This document shows positions 1 through 7,710 of a stretch of DNA of 27,824 nucleotides, piece after piece. Within the stretch, counting starts at the first letter, position 1. Each line of letters opens with the position of its first letter. A program made the translations under genes and the position numbers. The notes under the pieces were generated by a model. It had not been told where the DNA came from. It did no database searches and worked only from the letters and a program-made list of their open reading frames with translations. Source of the stretch: Archaeoglobaceae archaeon (GTDB lineage Archaea > Halobacteriota > Archaeoglobi > Archaeoglobales > Archaeoglobaceae). The DNA is taken from positions 1-27,824 of the forward strand of contig JAWAQR010000018.1 of assembly GCA_038893835.1 (NCBI GenBank), read 5' to 3'.

Positions 1-559
1 CTCTATTTACCCTGGCAAAAAATCCTCCTATGAATTTCAATGAGACTATTTTAGCAAATAAAGCCCTAAAACCGCTTTTTTCAGACTCTCTGAGTAAGTC
101 ACTTCTGAAATAGAACCATCCTTCTAAGAAAAGAAAGAATAACTCGAGAACATAGAACATTATCATCCAGTACATTACACTTGAAGGATTCGCGTAACCA
201 ATTAAGGCGTAATTCGCTCTTTCAATTCTTTCAAGGTCAATTCCTATGGTTATTAGACCCACTGCTATTGTAACGATTGCGATTATAATGGCCTCCTTAA
301 CTATTTGCTCGATTTCTTTGATCCCAAGTATCTCTCCCGCAGAAGCTATTAAAGCTGTGCCTATTAAAACGAGAAAAACATATAGCACGACAAGAAGACG
401 CCATGGATGACCTAGGGCAGACTCATATGGTTCCGTTGGGATTAAGGGGTGAAAATGCATCTGATAGGCCGCTAGAAATCCTAATGCGGTGAGCAATAAC
501 AATACAGCGATGAAAGCTAGCTCTTTGAACCTCAAACTCTCACCTCTGCAGATGAACAT
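1..559 (-). CDS. NrfD/PsrC-family (polysulfide reductase-type) membrane anchor subunit, 5' part; runs off the left edge
   Basis: Manual translation from ATG at 559 is open to the edge (186 codons): MFICRGESLRFKELAFIAVLLLLTALGFLAAYQMHFHPLIPTEPYESALGHPWRLLVVLYVFLVLIGTALIAS...GIDLERIERANYALIGYANPSSVMYWMIMFYVLELFF. It has several TM helices and the NrfD-like pattern PW..(Y.F)...DLxRxxR...N.sS.M.W...Y. Not in the ORF track because the stop lies outside the window. Confidence 0.75.
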   Translation of the reverse strand, partial: MFICRGESLRFKELAFIAVLLLLTALGFLAAYQMHFHPLIPTEPYESALGHPWRLLVVLYVFLVLIGTALIASAGEILGIKEIEQIVKEAIIIAIVTIAVGLITIGIDLERIERANYALIGYANPSSVMYWMIMFYVLELFFLFLEGWFYFRSDLLRESEKSGFRALFAKIVSLKFIGGFFARVNR

Positions 560-650
560 CCGGCTGCTTTTTAAGTTTTTCCAAACGCAACAGCTTCGAA
601 TCCAATTTTAAAATAGGAAGAGTTAAATAGTAGTAGTGAGATTTGTGAGC

Positions 651-1475
651 ATGAGCAAGGTTAAGGTTGGAGTTTTAAAAATGGGTGCAATAGGCACTGC
701 AATAATTTTGGAATATCTTTTAGATGAGAGAGCAGATAGAGAGGATATCGATGTTAGGGTTATAACGAGTGGAGCAAAAATGCAACCTGAGGAAGCTGTT
801 ATTGCGGAGAAGTTGAAGGAGTTCAATCCAGATTTGATCATTATAGCATCTCCGAATGCCGCACTACCTGGGCCGAAGGCGGCTAGAGAAGCTTTTACTG
901 GAAAGCCTGTAATAGTGATCAGCGATGCTCCAGCGAAGAAGGCGAAGGATGAATTAAAGGAGAAGGGCTTTGGGTATATATTTATAAATGCGGATTCGAT
1001 GATTGGAGCTAGAAGGGAGTTCCTTGATCCAACAGAGATGGCTCTGTTCAATGCCGATGTTTTGAAAGTTCTTGCCGCTACTGGAGCGCTTAGAATTGTA
1101 CAAGAGGCAATCGACAAAGTTATTGAGGACATAAAAGCTGGTAGAAAGCCAGAACTGCCTCAGATAATCATTACAGCTGAAAAAGCAGTCGAAGCTGGAA
1201 GGTTCAGCAATCCATATGCTAGAGCAAAAGCGATGGCTGCCTACTACATTGCTGAGAAAGTTGCAGATCTAACAACTCGTGGTTGCTTCGTGGAAAAGGA
1301 CTACAACGTCTACGTCCCATTGGTTGCTGCTGCACATGAAATGATGAGAGTCGCTGCAATCCTTGCTGATGAGGCGAGAGAAATAGAAAAATATGGAGAC
1401 AAGTTATTCAGAAATCCGCATGCAAGAGATGGCAAGATTTTGTCAAAGATTGAGCTTATAAGTAAACCTCAATAA
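651..1475 (+). CDS. mtd: F420-dependent methylene-tetrahydromethanopterin dehydrogenase
   Basis: Family-typical segments KMGAIGT..LLDERADREDI, SGAKM, SPN.A.PGP..AR, DSMIGARREFLDPTEMALFNAD, GCF, AAAHEMMR. Start moved to ATG 651 (MSKVKVG). Confidence 0.96.
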   Translation: MSKVKVGVLKMGAIGTAIILEYLLDERADREDIDVRVITSGAKMQPEEAVIAEKLKEFNPDLIIIASPNAALPGPKAAREAFTGKPVIVISDAPAKKAKDELKEKGFGYIFINADSMIGARREFLDPTEMALFNADVLKVLAATGALRIVQEAIDKVIEDIKAGRKPELPQIIITAEKAVEAGRFSNPYARAKAMAAYYIAEKVADLTTRGCFVEKDYNVYVPLVAAAHEMMRVAAILADEAREIEKYGDKLFRNPHARDGKILSKIELISKPQ

Positions 1476-1483
1476 ATTTTTTC

Positions 1484-1993
1484 ATGGAAGTTGAAGCCAA
1501 ATTCAAGCTTAAAGAAGGTGTTTTGGAGAAAATAGAGAGGATTGCTAGATTTTTGGAGGAGAAAGAGGAATTTGATCTGTACTTCAGTCATCCCTGTAGG
1601 GATTTTGCAGAAACTGATGAAGCCCTTAGGATTAGGGTAGAAAAAAAGATAAAGATGACGTATAAGGGACCGAAAGTTGATGAGGAAACGAAAACGAGGG
1701 AAGAGGTAAATCTTATAATTGACAATTTTGAAAACGCTGTAAGATTGCTGGAGTTTTTGGGTTTCAGGAAATATAAAAGTATTAGAAAAAAGAGAAGGAT
1801 TTATGAATTAAACGGGGCTATTATATGCGTTGATGAAGTTGAAAGCTTGGGAAAATTCGTTGAGATAGAAGTCAAGGGATTGAGTGAAAAGCAAAAAATT
1901 TTTGAAATAGCGAGAATTCTAGGCTATTCTAAGGAAGAGAGTATTCGTTTATCTTATTTGGAATTGCTGGAAAAATTAAATGGGGAAGTATAA
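1484..1993 (+). CDS. cyaB: CYTH-domain protein (class IV adenylate cyclase CyaB-like / triphosphate tunnel metalloenzyme)
   Basis: N-terminal ExExK (EVEAK), D.YF.HP.RDF..TDEALRIR, TYKGPK, K.RRIY, LG.FVEIE and C-terminal SYLEL. Confidence 0.88.
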   Translation: MEVEAKFKLKEGVLEKIERIARFLEEKEEFDLYFSHPCRDFAETDEALRIRVEKKIKMTYKGPKVDEETKTREEVNLIIDNFENAVRLLEFLGFRKYKSIRKKRRIYELNGAIICVDEVESLGKFVEIEVKGLSEKQKIFEIARILGYSKEESIRLSYLELLEKLNGEV

Positions 1994-2365
1994 AGCCATT
2001 GTTGGACAAACTTTGATGCAAGTGCTGCAGTGAATGCACTTTTCGCTCCTAATTTCCACCTTCTTTTCTTCATTCAACCAGAAAACTTCTGTTGGGCAAA
2101 TACTTATGCAGAGTCCACAGTGAATGCAATTATCGTTTCTGGCGATCGTCTTAGTAACTTCATGAACCTCAACCCCCATTTCTGCAAAGAGCTCCTCAAC
2201 TTCCTTTACTTTATCATCAGGAACCTCAACGATTATTTCTCCCTTCCTAGCTCCCACGTCAGCTTTCAGGATGTTTATCAAAATCCCTGTTTTTATAGCA
2301 ACTTTTGATATCACTGGTTCTCTTACCGTTTTAGAATTGAAGCGTAGCTGTAGCAACATTCTCAC
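1976..2365 (-). CDS. NIL domain + 2x[4Fe-4S] ferredoxin; Fe-S partner of aspartate-semialdehyde sulfurtransferase (MA1822-like)
   Basis: INILKA (NIL motif) and two CxxCxxCxxxCP motifs. Its GTG start overlaps the stop of the upstream DUF39-CBS gene by 4 nt. Confidence 0.88.
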   Translation of the reverse strand: MRMLLQLRFNSKTVREPVISKVAIKTGILINILKADVGARKGEIIVEVPDDKVKEVEELFAEMGVEVHEVTKTIARNDNCIHCGLCISICPTEVFWLNEEKKVEIRSEKCIHCSTCIKVCPTMALYFPI

Positions 2366-3834
2366 ACCCCCAGCATCTTGCTTATAGTTTCACTAGTCAC
2401 AATTCCAAGAACTCTCCTCTTCGCATCTATTACAGGTAAGGCTGAAATGTCGTATTTTTCAAGTTTTGAAATTGCCAGAGCTATTGGTTCATCTGGAAAA
2501 ACTGTTATCACTTCTCTTGTCATAACTTCTCTGACTTTCTTCGCTCCCTTTGTCACAGCTTTCGCAATGTCCCAAGATGTTACTATACCCTTTAAAACAC
2601 CTTCCTCATCCACAACTGGTAAATGGTTCACGTTCTTATTTATCATCAGCATGGCAGCTTCTTCGATGCTGAGATCCTCGCTTATAGTTACCGCTTTTGT
2701 CATGAACTCTTTTACAATTCTTATCTCCCTTTGCTTCATCGGTTTTAAAACTTCTGAGGTCTTCAATCTTTCAACTGGAAGTGTCAAGAAAAATTCCCCC
2801 CTTTCTATCATCTTCTTTAATTCCTTCATAACTTTTTCCGCCATGTAATAGCTTGAAAGCGGAGAAGTTCTAACTTCTTCCCCGTTAATTTCGACTTTTC
2901 CACTCTTTAGCTCTGCATAACTCACTTCCCTTAAAACAGGTCTAACCCTTCTAGCAACACCAAAATCGATAATCCTAGTCTTTATTTCACTATCCCTTAT
3001 CGCAGTGGCTTTAGCGATCTCAGCATCTAGTATTGGAATTGGAACTCCTATACCAAGGAATATGGATGGTGCATAACCAGGGAAGTAACATGCCTTTAGA
3101 AATTCGGGTCTCATCTCTTTTAGATTCCCCTTAACCATCAAGGTTCCGAAGGGGGGTGAATGCTGAGTCCCCTCTCCAATCACGTATCCCTTAGCCCCAC
3201 AAAGAAAAATTCTCGTCCCGACACCAATCGTTCTGAATTCAGGATCGTTGTTCATGGGAGATATTTCTCCAGTCCCGGCAAAAGTTACATTACCATAATT
3301 TGGCAGAAGTGTGCCCATATAAGTTCTTAGAAGCTTATCGGAAGAATTTGTTGCAGCGTGGTATCTCTGATAAGCATTCCTCGGATTCACCATTATAGCT
3401 TGATTTACATCTTCAAGCGATAAACTCGTTTCGATTTCCCTTCTTGGATAACAATCTGTTCCAAATCCTATTGCTCTTAGTTCAACCTCTTTTCCAAAAA
3501 CCAGTTCTTCAATTACATGTGCTCCACCGTAATATTCTCTAGTCTCAGATGGTTTTGTTGCGCCCAGAAAAGCATCAACAGCAGCCAATCCTGTGTATGC
3601 TTCAACATCGTTTAGCCATACTTTTTTGAACTTTATCGGTGGATCTGAATGGCCGAAATTTATAAAAACACCTGTTGAACACATCGCCCCAAAAGTTCCA
3701 GTTGTAACGACGTCAACTTCTTTTGCAGCTTTTTCTGGACCAAGCTCAGCAACTATTTCTTTCATTTCCTTTGCTGTAACTACGTAAACACTCCCATCCT
3801 TGATTTTTGCGTTTATTTCTTCTATTGTCTTCAT
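2362..3834 (-). CDS. Homocysteine biosynthesis enzyme (L-aspartate semialdehyde sulfurtransferase, DUF39 + tandem CBS; MA1821/MJ0100-like)
   Basis: KTIEEIN.KI..G, VDVVTTGTFGAMCS, GLAAVDAFLGA, TDCYPR, NPRNAYQ, TYMG.LLP, IGVGTRIFL; C-terminal CBS pair (HLPVVD..G..GIVT; LPVID...GIVT). Confidence 0.93.
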   Translation of the reverse strand: MKTIEEINAKIKDGSVYVVTAKEMKEIVAELGPEKAAKEVDVVTTGTFGAMCSTGVFINFGHSDPPIKFKKVWLNDVEAYTGLAAVDAFLGATKPSETREYYGGAHVIEELVFGKEVELRAIGFGTDCYPRREIETSLSLEDVNQAIMVNPRNAYQRYHAATNSSDKLLRTYMGTLLPNYGNVTFAGTGEISPMNNDPEFRTIGVGTRIFLCGAKGYVIGEGTQHSPPFGTLMVKGNLKEMRPEFLKACYFPGYAPSIFLGIGVPIPILDAEIAKATAIRDSEIKTRIIDFGVARRVRPVLREVSYAELKSGKVEINGEEVRTSPLSSYYMAEKVMKELKKMIERGEFFLTLPVERLKTSEVLKPMKQREIRIVKEFMTKAVTISEDLSIEEAAMLMINKNVNHLPVVDEEGVLKGIVTSWDIAKAVTKGAKKVREVMTREVITVFPDEPIALAISKLEKYDISALPVIDAKRRVLGIVTSETISKMLGV

Positions 3835-3855
3835 GCATTGTAGCGTTCAACTGAG

Positions 3856-3870
3856 TATTTAAACTTTTGG
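3856..3870 (-). promoter_or_regulatory. BRE/TATA promoter of the homocysteine synthesis operon (probably leaderless)
   Basis: Minus strand reads CCAAAAG-TTTAAATA, ending about 21 nt before ATG 3834; no SD-like sequence. Confidence 0.6.
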
Positions 3871-4153
3871 AAAATTTAACATTGTGAATATTCCATATGT
3901 TCATACAGGTAAAAATTCGAGAAATGTTTTGAACGGACAAAACAGATGAAAAAGCAGAAATCATCCAATCTTCCTTACAAACAATTTAAATGCAAAAATG
4001 AAGTAGAGTACACATGTAGTCAATTTCTCTGATCTTAAAAGAGCTTTTTAAAAGAGATTAAATTCAAAAAGAATTCGAAATTTATTTCTTCGCTCTCCTT
4101 TAGAATTCGGATTTTTGATAGTAATCCCTCAAAAGTGTTGGAAAACAAAAACA

Positions 4154-4225
4154 TGGACTCGCCGGGATTCGAACCCGGGGCCTCCGCCTCGCAAAGGCGG
4201 CGCTCTACCGCTGAGCTACGAGCCC
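4154..4225 (-). tRNA. tRNA-Ala (anticodon UGC), intronless, CCA not encoded
   Basis: Reverse complement GGGCTCG TA GCTC AGCGGTA GAGC G CCGCC TTTGCGA GGCGG AGGCC CCGGG TTCGAAT CCCGG CGAGTCC A folds into a full 72-nt cloverleaf with the G3:U70 alanine identity pair and discriminator A. Confidence 0.98.
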
Positions 4226-4260
4226 TTGTTTTTGGGTTATGATTATAAATAACTCAAAGC

Positions 4261-4274
4261 TTTTTAAGTTTTCG
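4261..4274 (-). promoter_or_regulatory. Putative BRE/TATA promoter of tRNA-Ala
   Basis: Minus strand CGAAAAC-TTAAAAA about 35 nt upstream of the mature 5' end; T-rich tract (TGTTTTTGTTTT) directly after the tRNA 3' end. Confidence 0.45.
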
Positions 4275-4276
4275 AA

Positions 4277-6106
4277 TCATTTCACTTTAAACACCTTGAC
4301 ACTTTTCTCCTCAAAAACTTTTTGAAAACAAGTCTCAAAGATGTCATCATCGATAGGGAAAAATTTTCTTTCTTCGTATCCAAGAAAAACATAGGTAACG
4401 TTGTATTTTTCTGCAATTCTCCTCATTTCTTCGCAGCTCCTTGAAGAATAGAAATCTCTGACATCTTTCACTCTTTCTAGAATTATTTCATAATTTCTTC
4501 GCCATTGGAATTCGTGGTTTGTCCAAGCAATTATCGCTGGATTACCCGTAAATGTAGCAACTCTTCCACCATAGCTATATCCACAGAGAACTCCGTGAGT
4601 GCACCCCTCTTCGATTACCACCCCACTTTTATCTCTAAGCCATTTCAGAGCTTCATATTCTCCAAATGCCTTTGTAAATCTCATTCCATCGAGTTCAAAG
4701 CTTGCTGAATGATATCGGACAGGTGTTGCAACTGCTGGATAGACGAGAGTCATAGCTAACAGAATTGCGAAAAATATCTTTATCTTTCCAGAAATTTCTC
4801 TCTCTTTAAACTTCAGCAGAGATCCAAGGGAAAGAAAGAGCCATGAAATCAGATAAAACTTAAAAACTGTGTTCATTCTCGAATCTATGGCTACAAAGTC
4901 TGGAATCATGAAAGAGAGGGAACCGAGGAAGATTAAGAGATTTCCAAGATCCCTTTCTTTAGAGATCGCGGTTATAGCAATTGGTAACATCAGTGGAAGG
5001 ATTGGAGATAAAAAATAGAAGGGCAATGAGATTGGTATTGAATAGAAGAGCAATTTTTTGTTCAAAGCAGCATATGCCAAAGCTAGAAGAGTTGCGGAAT
5101 AAGATAGAAACTGGATGAAGTCAGTTCTTTCCGCAATGAAGAGAAGTTCAGCCTTGGGCAGTTCCATGATTTCGTAGAAGATTGCAACGGGTATTAGGGA
5201 AAGGATGGAAAAAGCGAAGATTGACAAGTTCCTCTGAATTAGAGAAAAAATTAGGGTTAGTATAAATGCGAATGGGAAGTCCCAGGAATTCGTGGCAAAT
5301 ATCGCAAAGAGAACAATCGTTATAACTAAAAGTGCTCTTTTTTCGATTAGAAGTGCAATCAGGAGAACTTTCATCGGAATAGCGAAAACGTGAGCATGAA
5401 GATCCGCGTGGATGAAGCTGAAGTATGGAAACTCGTTGATAGTCCCTTCAATAACTCTTGTGGAGTTCCAGTAGTAGAGATAGTCGATTGAAAAGGGACG
5501 AGAAATGAAATCGATGAAAGAATACGCGTTTCCTGAGAACATTGTTAAGAGAATAGCCAAAATTGCCATCCTTTTTTCTTTGAAAATACCATATATTAAA
5601 GTTGCCGTGTAAGCCGCAATTGCGGCGAGTGCGATGTTGTAACCGATTTCTGGAGGGGAAAAGGAAAGCAAAATTATCGCCGCTCCAAGAACGTGGCCGA
5701 AGTAATAGTAACAATCTAACTTTTCATTTGCTAGGAATGGATCATTTGGGGGAAAGGATTGAGATTTAAGAATTGAATTTATGAAAGCCATGTCCATGAA
5801 CTTCTCGGCATCGAATATACTTGGATCTAAAAATCTAAGAAAAATGAAGAAAAAGTAAACTGGAGCAAAGAATAGCTCAGATTCAAGCTTTACTTCAATT
5901 TTTTCATATAGGAAGGGAATAAGGAGAAGAGTTATTGTTAGAACTGTGAGAAAGGCGAATTTGAAGCTCATAAAATGTGCTAGAATGAAGGAAAAGAATG
6001 TTAAAATTAGGAGGGATGCAAATCTTGCGATTGGGAAGCTAAGGAATCTGAGAAATGGAAAGGTTATTAGGAGAGAAGTGATATAAAATGTCAGCGGATA
6101 TATCAA
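4277..6106 (-). CDS. DUF2298 / Chlor_Arch_YYY-domain polytopic membrane protein (probable GT-C-type glycosyltransferase)
   Basis: DP.I..AEKFMD.AFINS, FPP.DP, YYYFGH, W.STRVI..TINEFP.FSF..ADLHAH, NSWDFP, RMNTVFKFY and W..HE.QWR; many TM helices. Confidence 0.85.
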   Translation of the reverse strand: MIYPLTFYITSLLITFPFLRFLSFPIARFASLLILTFFSFILAHFMSFKFAFLTVLTITLLLIPFLYEKIEVKLESELFFAPVYFFFIFLRFLDPSIFDAEKFMDMAFINSILKSQSFPPNDPFLANEKLDCYYYFGHVLGAAIILLSFSPPEIGYNIALAAIAAYTATLIYGIFKEKRMAILAILLTMFSGNAYSFIDFISRPFSIDYLYYWNSTRVIEGTINEFPYFSFIHADLHAHVFAIPMKVLLIALLIEKRALLVITIVLFAIFATNSWDFPFAFILTLIFSLIQRNLSIFAFSILSLIPVAIFYEIMELPKAELLFIAERTDFIQFLSYSATLLALAYAALNKKLLFYSIPISLPFYFLSPILPLMLPIAITAISKERDLGNLLIFLGSLSFMIPDFVAIDSRMNTVFKFYLISWLFLSLGSLLKFKEREISGKIKIFFAILLAMTLVYPAVATPVRYHSASFELDGMRFTKAFGEYEALKWLRDKSGVVIEEGCTHGVLCGYSYGGRVATFTGNPAIIAWTNHEFQWRRNYEIILERVKDVRDFYSSRSCEEMRRIAEKYNVTYVFLGYEERKFFPIDDDIFETCFQKVFEEKSVKVFKVK

Positions 6107-7710
6107 CCTTTCACCTCTTTCAGGCTTAGATTAGTTGCTGAAAGCGATGCTATGCCAAGGAGGATCGTTACAAGATTTTTTAAAGCATGATCTGCGAATG
6201 CAATTGCAAATGCTGCAGACGGATTTTGAAGCGAAATAATTGCTGTCATAGCTAACTCATAAGTCCCTATGCCACCCGGAGTGATGGGAATAGCTTTAAC
6301 AATGTTACCGATGGCAACCGCTAGTGAAATTATCACAAAGTCGATTTCAAAGTTTATGGCTATTAAAAAGCAGACAAAAATATCGCAGAACCATAGAAGG
6401 ATCGAAAGAAGGAAGATGACGAGAGAATCCCTCGGATTTAACAGCATTCTTGCTCTTTTCATGATCGTTCCGATTATATTTTGCATTTTAGAAAGAGCAA
6501 TTATTGCTAATAAGATCAGCAGAGCAAAGAGAATTGCGTAATAAGCTTCAACGTTTCTGATTCCAAGATAAATTGAGCTAAGCAGGGCGATTAAGGCAAT
6601 GGAAACGATGTCGAATAGCCTTTCCACAGCAATTCCGCTGAGAGAAGTTGTATAGGAAACACCAAATCTCTTGAAAACGTATGCTCTGGCCAAGTCACCA
6701 AGTCTAATAGGGGTTAAAACGTTTACAGTCTGTCCTATGCTCACGGCAAAGCTTGAGATTTTCAGAGAACTTTTTTCTCCAACCTTCGAAATAAGATATT
6801 TGAACCTATATCCACGTATCGTGAAGGAGAACAAATATATTCCGAGAGCGAGCAGCAGGAATTCCAATCTTATCATCGAAACGCCAATCAGAAAGTTGGA
6901 AATACCCGTTGTGATGACTAAAAAAAGGAGAAGGATTATTGCGAATATGGTTGCGAATAGGTAAAATTTCCTGCTCCTTGCAAGATCTTCAAGAAAGATT
7001 CTAATTACTTGTGAAAACATGTATAGGACATCTTTTCTGAACCTGACTTTTGTCTCTCCACCATGTTCCCATTTTACCGGTATTTCTTTCACAGAATATC
7101 CCATTCTTTGCGCGAGCAAGAGAACTTCAGTATCCCAGAACCAGTGGGTGTCTTTAACCTTTTTACATATTTCTATAATTGCATCTTTTCTGAACGCTTT
7201 GAAACCACACTGGTGATCATGTATTTTGGAGCGCAAAAGAAAGCGGACGAGAAAATTATAGGCTCTGGAAGCAAATTCTCTTTTTAGAGGTCTTTTTGCT
7301 TTACTCTCCTTCATCAATCTCGAACCTGTAACGATGTCATATCCCTTAAGGACCTCATTTATTATCTCCCCTAGATGCCTTAGATCTGTGGACAAATCAA
7401 CGTCCATGTATACGATGATGTCTCCTTTACACTTTTCAAATGCTCTCATTAAAGCCCTCCCACGTCCAAGTCTTTCATCGGAGTGCAGATGTCTAACTCT
7501 TGGATTATTTTCTGCAATCTCCTTTGCTATTTTATCAGTTCCATCTGTAGAACCATCTTCGGCGATTATGACTTCATAATCGTAGCCCAGAGCTATGAGT
7601 TGCTCTTCAACTCTTTCAACAGCCCTTCTTATTCTTCTCGCCTCATTGTAAGCTGGGAGCACAACACTAACCTTTACTTGGTCTGTAGATGCAGCAGGGT
7701 TCTTCTGCAA
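6103..7710 (-). CDS. GT2 glycosyltransferase (polyprenol/dolichol-phosphate hexosyltransferase-like) fused to a flippase-like LPG-synthase TM domain (AglD-like); start uncertain
   Basis: SVVLPAYNE, EDGSTDGT, GRGRA, DxD (MDVDLS), GSR, D.QCGFKAF, WFWDTE; C-terminal N.LTP.RLGDL.R, ER.FD and P.TPGGIG.YE. Confidence 0.9.
   Translation of the reverse strand: MQKNPAASTDQVKVSVVLPAYNEARRIRRAVERVEEQLIALGYDYEVIIAEDGSTDGTDKIAKEIAENNPRVRHLHSDERLGRGRALMRAFEKCKGDIIVYMDVDLSTDLRHLGEIINEVLKGYDIVTGSRLMKESKAKRPLKREFASRAYNFLVRFLLRSKIHDHQCGFKAFRKDAIIEICKKVKDTHWFWDTEVLLLAQRMGYSVKEIPVKWEHGGETKVRFRKDVLYMFSQVIRIFLEDLARSRKFYLFATIFAIILLLFLVITTGISNFLIGVSMIRLEFLLLALGIYLFSFTIRGYRFKYLISKVGEKSSLKISSFAVSIGQTVNVLTPIRLGDLARAYVFKRFGVSYTTSLSGIAVERLFDIVSIALIALLSSIYLGIRNVEAYYAILFALLILLAIIALSKMQNIIGTIMKRARMLLNPRDSLVIFLLSILLWFCDIFVCFLIAINFEIDFVIISLAVAIGNIVKAIPITPGGIGTYELAMTAIISLQNPSAAFAIAFADHALKNLVTILLGIASLSATNLSLKEVKG

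Noticed and set aside
3746-3964. 72-aa minus-strand ORF upstream of and overlapping the homocysteine gene
   Set aside because: It runs through that gene's promoter and start in another frame and has no motif.
3946-4032. 28-aa plus-strand ORF MKKQKSSNLPYKQFKCKNEVEYTCSQFL
   Set aside because: No SD, no well-placed TATA and no recognisable motif; expected by chance.
3871-4153. Possible replication origin or integrated element at the tRNA
   Set aside because: No ORB-like repeats, cdc6, integrase or duplicated tRNA 3' end in the window.
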